IMG/VR virus record: IMGVR_UViG_3300029509_000119
Coordinates: 1-63,908 of that record
Source of the DNA: a virus
Lineage: Duplodnaviria; Heunggongvirae; Uroviricota; Caudoviricetes
Length of the DNA: 63,908 bases
Reading direction: 5' to 3' (one strand)
The notes beneath the pieces were generated by a model, which saw only the letters and a program-made list of their open reading frames with translations, was not told the origin of the DNA and made no database searches. The position numbers and the translations under genes were made by a program. This document shows positions 7,052-17,131 of the stretch, one piece after another. Position 1 is the stretch's first letter. Every line of letters starts with the position of its first letter.

Positions 7052-9700
7052 TTGGCAAACGTCAAGAAAACAATCATCGCCACAACCGTGGCGGTAGCGA
7101 CGCTCGCCGCACCGGCCACCGCGTTCGCAGACGACATCCAGCCGGACGTGAACAACGCCATCGAACAGGCACAGGACGCAGTGTCCCAAACTCAGGACAC
7201 CGTGGCACAGGCCACACAGGCAACCCCTCAGACCGCCACCACGACCCCCGCACCGTCAGACCCCGTGGCCGACGGACAGGCCAAGGTGGACGAGGCTCAA
7301 GCCAACGACAATCAGGCACAGACGAACCTGAATCAGGCACAGACCGACGTTGACAACGCGCAGACCATCGTCAACCAGACCCAAACCCAAGTGGACAACG
7401 CCCAGACCACTCTGGACACCGCCAACCAGCAGGTTCAGAACGCGCAGACCGCCGCCAATCAGGCTCAGGAGAACCTGAACCAAGCCCAACAGAACGCCGG
7501 TGAGGCCACCAATCCGGAAAACCAGAAGAAAGCCCAGCAAGCGCTCTCCGACGCCAGCCAGCAGCTCGACCAGACCACCAAGCAGTTGGAATCCGCCAAC
7601 CAGCAGGTCGAACAGGCCAAGCAGGAAGCCCAGCAGAAGGCCGACAGTCTGACCGCAGCCAAGAAGGACGAAGCCGCCGCCAAGACGGACAAGGACAAGG
7701 CCGACAAGACAGCCTCGGACGCGAAGACGAAGGCCGACGAATCCCAGAAGACCATCGGCCAGCTCAAGGCCGAACTCGAAGCCGCGTTGGCCGCGAAGAA
7801 CGACGCCGACACCGCGAAGACCACAGCCGACAAGAACGCGGCGGACGCGAAGAACGGCATCAGCGAGAAGCAGAAGGACGCGGACGCGAAGAACACGGCC
7901 GCCAACACCGCTCAAGCCGACGCGGACTCCAAGAAAGCCGCCGCCGACAATGCGGACAAGCAGCTCAAGTCCGGTTCCATCGGCTTCTACCAGTGGAAGC
8001 TTGCCTCCGACTATGCGAACGAGGACACCCAGCATGCGCTCAACAATCTCGTCAAATACCAGAACGAGGACTGGGTGAAGATTGGGGACGAGAACTCTGC
8101 GACCAGCTTGCAGAACATGCTCAAGGCGCTCGACCTGATTGACAAGGGCAACGAGATTCGCCGTAGCCTCGGACTGCCGGAATGGACCGTCAACGACGTG
8201 GATACCATCAACGCGCAGCTCGCCGCAGACTACAACACGTACTCTCCGAACACGGGGCATGTGTTCACCGGAACCTCCCAGAACCTCGCTTGGGGTTACG
8301 GTAATCCGTATGACGGCTGGTATACCCAAGAGAAGGCCGTGTTCGACCGGTATGCGGAGAAGAATCCGGAACTGCGCAACATGACCGCCGTGGAAATCTA
8401 CATGAAGTATCCGGACATCTACGAGGAGACCGGACATTATCTGAACGTCATCGACCCGGATTGCGACACCACCGGTTTCGCCGTCACGGGTTCCCTGACC
8501 GCAGCACAGAACTTCACCCAGAAGTATCTGTACACCAGTGGTGTTTCCGTGAACGATTACCGTCAGCAGCTTCTTTCCTACAAGAACGCGTTGGATTCGG
8601 CTTCCGACGTGTACCAGAAGGCTCTCGACAAGGCGAACGAGGCCAAGAAGGCCGCGCAGCAGGCACAGCAGGAACTCGCCGCATTGCAGGAACGCGCCCA
8701 GAACGCCCAGCAGACCGCCGACGAGTCCGCCAAGACCGCCCAAGCCAAGGACGAAGCCTACCGCAAGGCGCTCGACGCATACAATGAGGCCGTCAAAGCC
8801 GGTCAGACCGCCAACGGCGTGTACTCGCAGGCCAAGAACGAGGCCGACAAGAAGCAGACCGCCTACGAGAAGAAACAGGCCGCGACCAAGAAGGCGCAAA
8901 GCGAACTCGACTCAGCCAATGCGAAGACGGACGCCGCCCAAACCGACGCGCAGAACGCCCAGAACGCGGTAGACAAGGCCAAGAAGCAGGTTGAACAGGC
9001 CCAAGCCAAGCTCGACGGCTACGCCAACGCGAAGGAAAACCTCAAGGCCGCGCAGTCCAAGCTCGACAAGGCCAACAAGACGCTGTCCGAAGCCCAGACT
9101 GTCCAACAGGAGGCGCAAGCCAAACTTGACAAGGCCAACGACGCCAAGACGGAGGCGGACAAGACTCTGGCCGACGCGAACGCGAAGCTCGAACAGGCCA
9201 AGGCCGACAAGAAGCAGACCGAAGCCGCACTCAAGGACGCGAAGAACGCTCTCGACGGCATCACTGCAAAGCCAAGTGAGAAGGACGACATCGATTCCGG
9301 TTACACGATTCCGTCCAACGAGGAGGACACCGGCAACGCCACGAAGCCGGGCGAGAAGGACGACATTGACTCCGGTTACACGATTCCGTCCAACGAGGAG
9401 GACACCGGCAATACCGGCAACGGTGGCAATACCACCGGTTCCAATGGTGCCAACGGTTCCTCCAACGGCAACAACGGCAATGCCACGTCCGTCAACAAGG
9501 GCATGAACACCGCTGACAAGAAGAACGACAAGACCACCGTCTACAAGGTGGACGCCGACAACAAGACCATCACCGCCACCGGCGACGACCTCGCCAAGAC
9601 CGGCGTAGACATTACCAGCGTCGCCGCAGTGTCCATCGTCGCTCTGATGATGGGTGTTGGCTTCGTTGGAGTGGAGCGTTCTGTCCGCCGCAACGACTGA
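7052..9700 (+). CDS. Sortase-anchored coiled-coil/CAP-domain surface protein, PrgA/Sea1-like (putative surface exclusion)
   Basis: Signal peptide; long Ala/Gln/Lys coiled coils flank a CAP domain (NEIRRSLGL, QNLAWG, WY.QEK, TGHYLN); duplicated KPxEKDDIDSGYTIPSNEEDTGN; LAKTG+TM+RR. TTG start after AAGGAG. Confidence 0.8.
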   Translation: MANVKKTIIATTVAVATLAAPATAFADDIQPDVNNAIEQAQDAVSQTQDTVAQATQATPQTATTTPAPSDPVADGQAKVDEAQANDNQAQTNLNQAQTDVDNAQTIVNQTQTQVDNAQTTLDTANQQVQNAQTAANQAQENLNQAQQNAGEATNPENQKKAQQALSDASQQLDQTTKQLESANQQVEQAKQEAQQKADSLTAAKKDEAAAKTDKDKADKTASDAKTKADESQKTIGQLKAELEAALAAKNDADTAKTTADKNAADAKNGISEKQKDADAKNTAANTAQADADSKKAAADNADKQLKSGSIGFYQWKLASDYANEDTQHALNNLVKYQNEDWVKIGDENSATSLQNMLKALDLIDKGNEIRRSLGLPEWTVNDVDTINAQLAADYNTYSPNTGHVFTGTSQNLAWGYGNPYDGWYTQEKAVFDRYAEKNPELRNMTAVEIYMKYPDIYEETGHYLNVIDPDCDTTGFAVTGSLTAAQNFTQKYLYTSGVSVNDYRQQLLSYKNALDSASDVYQKALDKANEAKKAAQQAQQELAALQERAQNAQQTADESAKTAQAKDEAYRKALDAYNEAVKAGQTANGVYSQAKNEADKKQTAYEKKQAATKKAQSELDSANAKTDAAQTDAQNAQNAVDKAKKQVEQAQAKLDGYANAKENLKAAQSKLDKANKTLSEAQTVQQEAQAKLDKANDAKTEADKTLADANAKLEQAKADKKQTEAALKDAKNALDGITAKPSEKDDIDSGYTIPSNEEDTGNATKPGEKDDIDSGYTIPSNEEDTGNTGNGGNTTGSNGANGSSNGNNGNATSVNKGMNTADKKNDKTTVYKVDADNKTITATGDDLAKTGVDITSVAAVSIVALMMGVGFVGVERSVRRND

Positions 9701-9717
9701 TGTCTGTTTGAGATTGG

Positions 9718-9760
9718 AAGCCCTGACTTTCCTGATAGGAGGGTTGGGGCTTTTTGTTTT
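9718..9760 (+). terminator. Intrinsic terminator
   Basis: aagccctgactttcct/aggagggttggggctt stem followed by a T tract. Confidence 0.75.
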
Positions 9761-9826
9761 TGCATTTCAGCCAACATGCACTATACTGGAACTGTTCACA
9801 CAAAATCTTTCATAAAGGAGACAGAC

Positions 9827-10417
9827 ATGAGCAACATCACAGCAGACGAATACAGTCTCTTGGAATTCATTTCATCCCGCGACAAGCAGGAAGACAACAG
9901 TCGAATCCTCTTGGAACAAACCAAGAAAATCCTCAAATCCCTCGTCCGGAAAGGCTTCGGAAGAATCGAACACTACTCCGCCATCGGAGACTGGTTCATC
10001 CCCGACATGGACGCCATCAGCGAGTTCGTTGAAACACATGTCGGACAGTACAAGCTCGAACGCAAGTATCTCCAATACGACATGTTCAACATTCTTGAGG
10101 AAATCTCCCGCAAAGGATACGGCTGGAACTACGTTTCCCAGCCCACAGCCAAAGCCAGCATGGAACGGCTCCGCCACTACGGGTGCGTCACCTACGTCAA
10201 GCGCGGTAAAAGGTATATCGCAACTGGAACTCCGGAGGGCATCGCCTTCGCCAAAAACATGATGGCTACGGCCACCAGAACATGTGCCGAATGCGGTCGA
10301 AAATACCCCTACTATTCCGGCATGAAAGCCTACGACATCTGCTCCAAGGAATGCTACTACAAGCGTTTCGGCACTCCCGAAGAACGACGTGCAAAAAGAT
10401 TGCAGAAGAAGGACTGA
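9827..10417 (+). CDS. Hypothetical protein, possible tandem winged helix with C-terminal CxxC..CxxxC zinc finger
   Basis: CAECGRKY..ICSKEC; RBS; motif promoter at 9782-9800. Confidence 0.7.
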   Translation: MSNITADEYSLLEFISSRDKQEDNSRILLEQTKKILKSLVRKGFGRIEHYSAIGDWFIPDMDAISEFVETHVGQYKLERKYLQYDMFNILEEISRKGYGWNYVSQPTAKASMERLRHYGCVTYVKRGKRYIATGTPEGIAFAKNMMATATRTCAECGRKYPYYSGMKAYDICSKECYYKRFGTPEERRAKRLQKKD

Positions 10418-10524
10418 CGCGGCTTTCTCACCAAGACAAGAACAATAAAACTAAACCAAAGACGTGTTATACTAGAAGTGTCCACACAAAAGAAACCAAA
10501 TCAAAGAGAACAAGGAGCAAAAAA

Positions 10525-10665
10525 CTGAAAACCAACACCAAGACCATGAGAACCATCATGTTCCTCTCACCGGCTATCGCAATGGTTCTTATTCCCGCCA
10601 ACACGGCTACCGCCAACGAGTTCATGCAGAATCGAAAAGAATATGAGACGGCATTGAACCATACA
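10525..10665 (+). pseudogene. Secreted-protein 5' fragment truncated by the IS605 element
   Basis: Motif promoter at 10468, AAGGAG, signal-like MFLSPAIAMVLIPANTATA; the frame runs into the IS right end. Confidence 0.5.
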
Positions 10666-10682
10666 TTGACTTCTCCCCACGG

Positions 10683-11951
10683 CTAAAGCCGGGGGATTCT
10701 AAGCTTTGATGGGACGTGCGTCTCCGGGGTAGCACCCGGATGGCGTCTTACGGTCCCGTGGGCTTCAGGGACAAGTCCTGCCCTGATGAGCATGTTCAAC
10801 GCCGCGTTCTTATCACGGTCATTCACCATTCCGCAATGCTGACAGCGGTATGTACGCACTTTCAGTCCGATTGGAGGATTGGCTATCTCCCCGCATTCAG
10901 AGCATGTTTGCGTAGTGTATGCCGGACTGACCGGAATGAGTTTGCGACCGTTCTTGACGGCTTGCCATTGCAGTATCTGGATGTTCGTGGCGATAGCGGC
11001 GTCTTGGGCGTTGCGAGCCATGTTGGTTTTCGATAGGAACTTCGGCTTGAAGTTCTCGCTGGCGATGATGTCGTTGCGTTCGCACACATGTTTGGCCCAC
11101 GTGTGGGCAACGGTGAGACGTTGCCCTGCTATGCGCTGGCAGAGTTCACGGTATTGTTTCCTTGCTTTCTTGTAGCCTTTCGACTGGTTCGGATATTTGA
11201 CGCCCTTCTTATGTCTGCGCGCCATGCGTCGTTGCAGTCTCACCACTTGGCGGTGGCGCGCCCTTTCGAATCCCATGTGGGGGAAATCGTCTGGGGAGTC
11301 TTCGAAAACCTCGCCTGTCGAAAGATTCAATCCGACCGTGGAGGCGGTGGTTTTGACACCCCAGTCCATACCGACCGCGTGCCCCGTTTCCGGGAGAGGC
11401 TTCGATTCCACCTCTACCACGAACGAGGCGTACCAGTGTCCGTCGGGCGACCTGTACACTCGGACGCTCTTGGGCCGTGAGGGCAGTTCGCGGGACCATA
11501 CGACGGGGATAATCATGCCCTTCGGCAGTTTGAGCCGGGTCTTCCCGTCCTGTTCCACGAGGGTGAATCCGCCGATGCGGTAGTTGAGTGATGGCAGTGT
11601 GGTCTTGCGGCTCTTATGCCGTGGCATTCCCGCCTTGCGTTTCCTTGAGGATGTCTTGCGGTCGGAGACGGCTTTCCCTCTGGATTGGCTGTAGTCCCTG
11701 ACTATCTGCTGTTGGGGTACGCAGGAGTGTGCGGCGAGCCATTTGCCGCCGTCCTTGTCCGTCTTGCTTGCCCTTAGAAAGGTGAGGTATTTCTGCGCCT
11801 GCGCGGCTCCGAACGTCTCGCCGCGTTCGTATCGCGCTTGGGATTCGTCCACCATGCGGTTCCATACGTATCGGCAGGCGTCCCATTCGGCAAGCAGATA
11901 ACGTTCGGCCTGCTTGCCGGGGCGTAGCCTGTATTTGTATCGAACCTTCAT
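10683..11951 (-). CDS. tnpB: RNA-guided endonuclease TnpB
   Basis: YKYRL HTH, GMDWG, IASENF, TTQTCSECG..CQHCG..DRDKNAALN. Catalytic D/E/D intact. Confidence 0.95.
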   Translation of the reverse strand: MKVRYKYRLRPGKQAERYLLAEWDACRYVWNRMVDESQARYERGETFGAAQAQKYLTFLRASKTDKDGGKWLAAHSCVPQQQIVRDYSQSRGKAVSDRKTSSRKRKAGMPRHKSRKTTLPSLNYRIGGFTLVEQDGKTRLKLPKGMIIPVVWSRELPSRPKSVRVYRSPDGHWYASFVVEVESKPLPETGHAVGMDWGVKTTASTVGLNLSTGEVFEDSPDDFPHMGFERARHRQVVRLQRRMARRHKKGVKYPNQSKGYKKARKQYRELCQRIAGQRLTVAHTWAKHVCERNDIIASENFKPKFLSKTNMARNAQDAAIATNIQILQWQAVKNGRKLIPVSPAYTTQTCSECGEIANPPIGLKVRTYRCQHCGMVNDRDKNAALNMLIRAGLVPEAHGTVRRHPGATPETHVPSKLRIPRL

Positions 11952-12006
11952 GGAAAACATTATATCACACCACATTTATCTACTTATATGACGCGACTGC
12001 CATATA

Positions 12007-12465
12007 ATGGCAGACATGGGAAAGATGGACAAAGTGAAACACAACAACAACGTGACCTACAGATGCCACTACCACGTCGTGTGGTGTCCGAAATACCGGC
12101 GAAAGGTGATAACCAGCCTCGACCCAAAACTCGACAATCCGCCAATCGACGGAGACCCCGGACCCGTGGACGAACGGCTCAAACAGATAATACGAGAAGT
12201 CTGCAAGGAAACCGGAAACGACATACTCGAACTGGAAACCATGCCCGACCACGTGCATCTACTCGTGGACTGCGACCCCCAGTACGGCATCAACAAACTC
12301 GTCCGACTCATCAAGGGCAGAACCAGCAGATACCTCCGCTCGGAATTCCCCTCACTCAAACGCCGCCTGCCGACGCTATGGACGAACAGCTACTTCGTCG
12401 CAACCGTGGGGGGAGCGCCACTCTCCATAGTGAAACAATACGTACAGAACCAACGCAACGTATAA
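12007..12465 (+). CDS. tnpA: IS200/IS605 Y1 transposase TnpA
   Basis: YHVVWCPKYRR, HUH motif DHVHLL, LWTNSYF, KQYVQNQ. Confidence 0.96.
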   Translation: MADMGKMDKVKHNNNVTYRCHYHVVWCPKYRRKVITSLDPKLDNPPIDGDPGPVDERLKQIIREVCKETGNDILELETMPDHVHLLVDCDPQYGINKLVRLIKGRTSRYLRSEFPSLKRRLPTLWTNSYFVATVGGAPLSIVKQYVQNQRNV

Positions 12466-12477
12466 GAAAAAGGCGGC

Positions 12478-12939
12478 TCACCCCAGCCTTAAAAGGAGGG
12501 GCTTGCGCCGCCAATTTCGGTCACCGGCAAGAGTGCATTCCGCACCGTAGCGGATTGTCTTCACCACATCCTCGTTGCGCGGGTTCGGCTCCGGCTCGTC
12601 TTCGGCGGGAATGTATGCGACGTAGAGAAGGAAATTACCGTCATCGTCCTGACGGATTTCAGTCGAGAAAACGCCCTCCGGATATTCGTCCGAATCGACC
12701 AGTGAGCGGACGCGGAACGAGGAGTATTGATGATTGCCGTCCTGCGTGTCGATACGACGCATGATGTTACGGATTGTCCGTTGACTATCGGACTTGGCGA
12801 TGAGCGTGTATTTGCGGGGATTGCGTTGGCAGGTTTCTGACTGAGTCCAATATTTCACCGCATATTTTGGTCTTCGGATTTCCCTATGTCCGGGTAAATG
12901 TTCCAAATCATATACGGGGTGTGTTTCAATATCGGCCAT
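12478..12939 (-). CDS. Hypothetical protein, C-terminus interrupted by the IS605 left end
   Basis: AAGGAG RBS; the frame runs into the IS at 12519. Confidence 0.6.
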   Translation of the reverse strand: MADIETHPVYDLEHLPGHREIRRPKYAVKYWTQSETCQRNPRKYTLIAKSDSQRTIRNIMRRIDTQDGNHQYSSFRVRSLVDSDEYPEGVFSTEIRQDDDGNFLLYVAYIPAEDEPEPNPRNEDVVKTIRYGAECTLAGDRNWRRKPLLLRLG

Positions 12940-13175
12940 GTTCGCTCCTTCGTTGGATGATTGCATTGAGTTTGCAACCGATTTTGTTCAAGGTTGTTTA
13001 GTTTTATGTTAGAGGTTGAGAACGGGGTTGTTGCGAGGTTTGCGGGAAGTTGGTAAAAAGTTCCGAAAAAGAATGGGGGTGGTTGGACACTGAAAAGTGC
13101 CTAGCCACCCCATCCTCCTAGAGAGTGTTTAGCTCTTTAGTAGATTGTTCTTTTTTCTCGTTCTATTCCTTCTGC

Positions 13176-13790
13176 CTAAGTGTTTCCCGTCCAGTGTTTG
13201 TTTCCTTTTTCTTTCGGGCTAATAAGCGGGTCGGGGTTTCCATCCTTGTCGAATAATGGGAACCGTTTGCCGCTCGGATTGTTCTCCGAAGGTATGAGTG
13301 ACAGGCTTCCGTCTGGATTGCGGTAGACACTGCCTTCGGTTTGTTCGCCATCTCGAATGCATGTGATGTACGGCATTTCGGAAGGCACGTCAACAGTTGT
13401 AATTAACTCTTTGCCGTCTAGACCTTTCCTATGGGACTTGTATCTGATTGTCTGACAGTCGTAGTCGAAATCGTCCAACGGGATGACCTCGTCCATGTGG
13501 CCGTCACTGAGAACGTTCGACGGCTTGCAAGGGTGGAAATCATACGTCTCGTACACCCTCTTCCACTTACGATGCCGTTTTGACAATCTATGGCCTATTC
13601 GGGCGAACCAGACGATAATGTTCGGCAAGTACGCGGTACGGTTTGGATTATCTTTTGACTTGACGGCCCACTCACTGCACCATGGGCAATACCATGCGCT
13701 CCTATGGAACAGGTCAACGAGAAGACAGCAGGCTAGACAGAGGAATGGTAGGGTCAGCACTCCAAGAACGTATATGAGGATTGCAGGCAT
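13176..13790 (-). CDS. Membrane-anchored hypothetical protein with CxxC
   Basis: N-terminal TM segment, WYCPWC; last gene of a coupled operon. Confidence 0.7.
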   Translation of the reverse strand: MPAILIYVLGVLTLPFLCLACCLLVDLFHRSAWYCPWCSEWAVKSKDNPNRTAYLPNIIVWFARIGHRLSKRHRKWKRVYETYDFHPCKPSNVLSDGHMDEVIPLDDFDYDCQTIRYKSHRKGLDGKELITTVDVPSEMPYITCIRDGEQTEGSVYRNPDGSLSLIPSENNPSGKRFPLFDKDGNPDPLISPKEKGNKHWTGNT

Positions 13791-13799
13791 GGTTTTTCC

Positions 13800-14003
13800 T
13801 TAGTTTGGAAGCTGTGAATGCCGATATTTACGGGCGTCCGTCACGGATGAAAAGTGTGGGCTGGCTTCCTGAATCACACGTTTACGACGGTATTCCTTCG
13901 ACGTCGGGATACCGTAGGCTATTGCCATGGCGTCCCGTGCTTTTTTCTTGACGGCTGTTCGGTAGACTTCTGATACTGCCGGGTAGATGTGTGTGATTTT
14001 CAT
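13800..14003 (-). CDS. Small basic hypothetical protein
   Basis: ATGA overlap with the upstream gene. Confidence 0.55.
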   Translation of the reverse strand: MKITHIYPAVSEVYRTAVKKKARDAMAIAYGIPTSKEYRRKRVIQEASPHFSSVTDARKYRHSQLPN

Positions 14004-14311
14004 TTTGTTTCTGTTTCTGTTTTGCTTGCGTGCTCCCAGTCGCAGGATAGTCCTCCTCTGTAGGTGGTGTTTACGGTGAGGCAGTTGATGTGGCGTCCGT
14101 CGGGGAGTTGGATTTCGCATTCGCTGAGGTTGGAGTTGGGAAGGTCATCGCATTTGGCAATGGTTTCCGTGTTGCTTTTTGAGGACGTAGTGGTTTCGGG
14201 TGTGACGGTGTTGGGGTTTGTTTCGTCGCATCCGGCGCACATCAGGCATGCGGGAATCAGTAGCATCGCCAGTAGTCTTCTCAAGTTCGTTTCCTGTCTC
14301 TTGAACATCAT
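14000..14311 (-). CDS. Putative lipoprotein
   Basis: Signal peptide with lipobox-like CAGC; ATGA overlap; AAGGAG. Confidence 0.65.
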   Translation of the reverse strand: MMFKRQETNLRRLLAMLLIPACLMCAGCDETNPNTVTPETTTSSKSNTETIAKCDDLPNSNLSECEIQLPDGRHINCLTVNTTYRGGLSCDWEHASKTETETK

Positions 14312-14499
14312 TTCTCCTTGACGTCGAAGATGCGGCGGAAGGCTGCTTCGGCTCGGTCGAAGCCGTCCGTGAGTCCTTCTTGGTACTCGGACGGTGCGTC
14401 GGAATCCGACGCGTCCAGTGCGTTTCTGAACTGGTTGTCCAGCCAAGCTAGATACTCATTGATACGCTTGTCCATCCGCATGTTGTCCATATCAGCCAA
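14308..14499 (-). CDS. Small helical hypothetical protein
   Basis: YQEGLTDGF motif shared with the 15498 and 15658 ORFs. Confidence 0.65.
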   Translation of the reverse strand: MADMDNMRMDKRINEYLAWLDNQFRNALDASDSDAPSEYQEGLTDGFDRAEAAFRRIFDVKEK

Positions 14500-14503
14500 T
14501 GTT

Positions 14504-14980
14504 CTAGTCCTTTCCCCCCGGTTTCAACGCTTTGCCATCCGTGTCGTACAGGCCGAGCCTGTTGCTGTCGTCCGCGTGGATGGTGACGCGGACGCGCCTG
14601 TCGTTCCGGTAGACGGTGCATTCGATGTCGGATGAGGGGAGACGCCGTTGGGGCAGGTTCCCGTCGCAGTCGATGGACTCCAATCCCCAGATTCTTACGA
14701 TTCGTGTGCCTAATTCGTCCGGTTCGGGTGCCGTCCCGTAATGGCCTGGCATATGGAACGATGCGGCAAGGGAGGCGACACCCAGTATGAACGACACAAT
14801 GGAGATGACCGTGGGGGTGCCGAACTTGGGGTAGGCAAACTGGGACAATGCCAAGGGAATGCTTACGGCTATGCCAATGGCGCCGAGGAGACAGAGGCAG
14901 TTCGCGATGCTCCCTTGGACGGGTAGTCCCGCGTTCCTATACTCGTCCCATGCTTCGACCCATTTCGTGAAGTCGGACAT
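14504..14980 (-). CDS. Two-TM membrane protein (paralog of 14981-15493)
   Basis: DF.KW..W..Y start and GLY..DGKAL end shared with the neighbouring gene. Confidence 0.75.
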   Translation of the reverse strand: MSDFTKWVEAWDEYRNAGLPVQGSIANCLCLLGAIGIAVSIPLALSQFAYPKFGTPTVISIVSFILGVASLAASFHMPGHYGTAPEPDELGTRIVRIWGLESIDCDGNLPQRRLPSSDIECTVYRNDRRVRVTIHADDSNRLGLYDTDGKALKPGGKD

Positions 14981-15493
14981 CTATTCGTCCTTTCCTTTCG
15001 CCGCCAACGCCTTGCCGTCGGCTTTGTACAGGCCGACCTTGTCTCCCTTGATGTGGACGGTCAGTTCGGTGCGTTGAATGTCGGTGTAGGCGACGCACTT
15101 CCAGTCGCCGTCCTCAAGCCTTGATTCGGGTAGTTTTTGACCGCCGTTCCTGCATTCGCCCAAATCGTCCAGATTCCAAGTCGTCGTGATTTGCGCGGAC
15201 AACGAGGGCGGCCGGAGCGGCTGGGGCGTATGGGAGGGCAGGGCGAAAGATGCGAACGTCAACACCATGCCTATGAGGAACACCGCCCCGGGGAGGATGA
15301 CGGCGGAAGTGCCTTCTGTGGTAGGGTCAATTACTGACCCCATGCAGACGATTATGATGATGCCGGCGAGTATCGTCAGCAAAAGACCGATGTTCCAGCA
15401 TATGCTGGCGGCACTGCCGGGAACGGCTCCGCCTGAAAAGCCCTGAGCGTAGTAGGCGTCCCACATTGCCTCCCATTTGGAGAAGTCACGCAT
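14981..15493 (-). CDS. Two-TM membrane protein (paralog of 14504-14980)
   Basis: Start MRDFSKWEAMW; two hydrophobic segments. Confidence 0.75.
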   Translation of the reverse strand: MRDFSKWEAMWDAYYAQGFSGGAVPGSAASICWNIGLLLTILAGIIIIVCMGSVIDPTTEGTSAVILPGAVFLIGMVLTFASFALPSHTPQPLRPPSLSAQITTTWNLDDLGECRNGGQKLPESRLEDGDWKCVAYTDIQRTELTVHIKGDKVGLYKADGKALAAKGKDE

Positions 15494-15497
15494 GGGT

Positions 15498-15674
15498 TCA
15501 CTTCCGTTCCGCCAATAGGCGGCAGTAGGTGGCCGCCCATCCGAACGCGTCCATCCGTCCCTCCCGGTACTGGTCGGGAATGTCGTCTCCGATAGACCGT
15601 TCGGCCTCGCGGAGCTTGGTTTCGAACGTGTCGGCCAAGCGTTCCAATAGAATGGCCTCATTCTGCTTGTTCAT
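15498..15674 (-). CDS. Small helical hypothetical protein
   Basis: YREGRMDAF motif; operon coupling. Confidence 0.6.
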   Translation of the reverse strand: MNKQNEAILLERLADTFETKLREAERSIGDDIPDQYREGRMDAFGWAATYCRLLAERK

Positions 15675-15855
15675 TTTTTCCACCTTCCGCCGTATCGTTC
15701 AAGAGCATGTCCTGACAGTGTTCGATTGTCCGCGTGTAGGCGTCGTATCCGTCGTATCCGTCGCTCAGACCTTCTTGGGCGCATTCCCATTCACTGTCGG
15801 CTTGGGCTTTGAGCCATTTAATGACCTCGCCCAACGTTTCGCTTCGCACGCTCAC
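15658..15855 (-). CDS. Small acidic hypothetical protein
   Basis: GTGA overlap; AQEGLSDGY. Confidence 0.6.
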   Translation of the reverse strand: MSVRSETLGEVIKWLKAQADSEWECAQEGLSDGYDGYDAYTRTIEHCQDMLLNDTAEGGKNEQAE

Positions 15856-16355
15856 TTGTCGTCCTCAATTCGCCGCTGTTGTCTGACCGTCTTGCGTTCC
15901 ACCCATTCGCCTAGTTCCTCGTCCGTGATGCCGTTTTCTGTTTCGAGCAGCATCACCCAGCGTCGCACGTCCTCCGCCGCGTCGGCAAGCCCATCCAGAC
16001 GCTCCTTTTCGGTGTCGTAACGCAGGATTTTGCTGACCGCTTTGATGAGCGCTGCGCACGCTCCGACCGGAGACGGATGGCGCGTGCGATTGTCACATCC
16101 TTTGATGTCGTACATGTGTTCGAGCAGCCATAGGCAGATGAGCACATCCGCCATCTCCTCGACCATGTGGGAGCGCGTCCCGTCCGTCAGCCCGTCGCGC
16201 TTCCGGTCATCGTATGCTTCGATAAGCTCGGCGCACTCCTCCATGCAGACGATGCTCTGCTTGGTCACGCCGTAATATTCAATGCTTTTAGACCACACTG
16301 CGTCAAAATATTCAGGACGTTTATAGACTTCCTCAATGGTCGGATGCTCACTCAT
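15852..16355 (-). CDS. MazG-like nucleotide pyrophosphohydrolase
   Basis: Q...CMEECAELI..EEMADV motif plus a degenerate second half-domain. Confidence 0.7.
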   Translation of the reverse strand: MSEHPTIEEVYKRPEYFDAVWSKSIEYYGVTKQSIVCMEECAELIEAYDDRKRDGLTDGTRSHMVEEMADVLICLWLLEHMYDIKGCDNRTRHPSPVGACAALIKAVSKILRYDTEKERLDGLADAAEDVRRWVMLLETENGITDEELGEWVERKTVRQQRRIEDDK

Positions 16356-16465
16356 TTTGTCATCTTTTCCTTTCGATTCTTCGGGTTCGACGAAGCCGTT
16401 GCGCCAGCACGGTCGCCGCATGCGCTTCTGTCTGATGCCGTTGGCGCGGCGAACATACGGGTCGG

Positions 16466-17131
16466 TTACGATTTGTCCGCCTTTTCAATCCACCAAATCG
16501 CATCTTCGAGCTTCCAGTACATGTCCGCATGATGGTCGTGCAGGAACCGCAGGTCGTCAGCGTGCTGTTCGACCCATTCCGGGTGCGGGCGGGTGTCGTT
16601 CGTGCCTTGAACGGTCGGATAGGCGATTTTACATGCGCACAGCCAGTAGGGAGGTTGCAGTCCGTCCTTGGGTTTCCAGTCGGACGGTTCCGAATACCGT
16701 TCCTCTAACGTCAGGTAATTGGACACCCATGCGGGCGATAGTCGAGGCCACACCTGCTCAAATAACAGCACGCCCAGTGCGATGCCCAGTAGCAGTCCGA
16801 CACCATTACCTGTCGAAGGCTGGTCCGCAAGCTTGCATGCAGCCCACAGGCCGACGACCGGTAGCAGGAGGCTCACGGTCAGGTAGGGGATGCACTTCCG
16901 TGATTCACGCGAATCCTTCGCATGGTCGAACATGGTGAGCGCCACGAGAAGAAATACGGACATTCCCATGCCGAAGAGCAGCCCGCACCACAGCGTGCGT
17001 ATCGCATCTTTCAAGAACGCTATCAAGGCTGGCGTCAACAGTATTCGCCAACTGCCCGTCAAGACAATGAGCAACACGAGGGCTGGCAATGCGGACAAGA
17101 ATATCAGCAATCTTTTGCGGAAACCGCTCAA
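16466..17131 (-). CDS. Multi-pass membrane protein
   Basis: About four hydrophobic segments. Confidence 0.7.
   Translation of the reverse strand: MSGFRKRLLIFLSALPALVLLIVLTGSWRILLTPALIAFLKDAIRTLWCGLLFGMGMSVFLLVALTMFDHAKDSRESRKCIPYLTVSLLLPVVGLWAACKLADQPSTGNGVGLLLGIALGVLLFEQVWPRLSPAWVSNYLTLEERYSEPSDWKPKDGLQPPYWLCACKIAYPTVQGTNDTRPHPEWVEQHADDLRFLHDHHADMYWKLEDAIWWIEKADKS

Larger units (their letters stand above)
10666..12519 (-). mobile_element. IS605-type element (divergent tnpA and tnpB)
   Basis: Right-end hairpin ccccggctttagccgtgggg..TCAA; left-end hairpin preceded by GTGAC on the minus strand. Confidence 0.9.
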
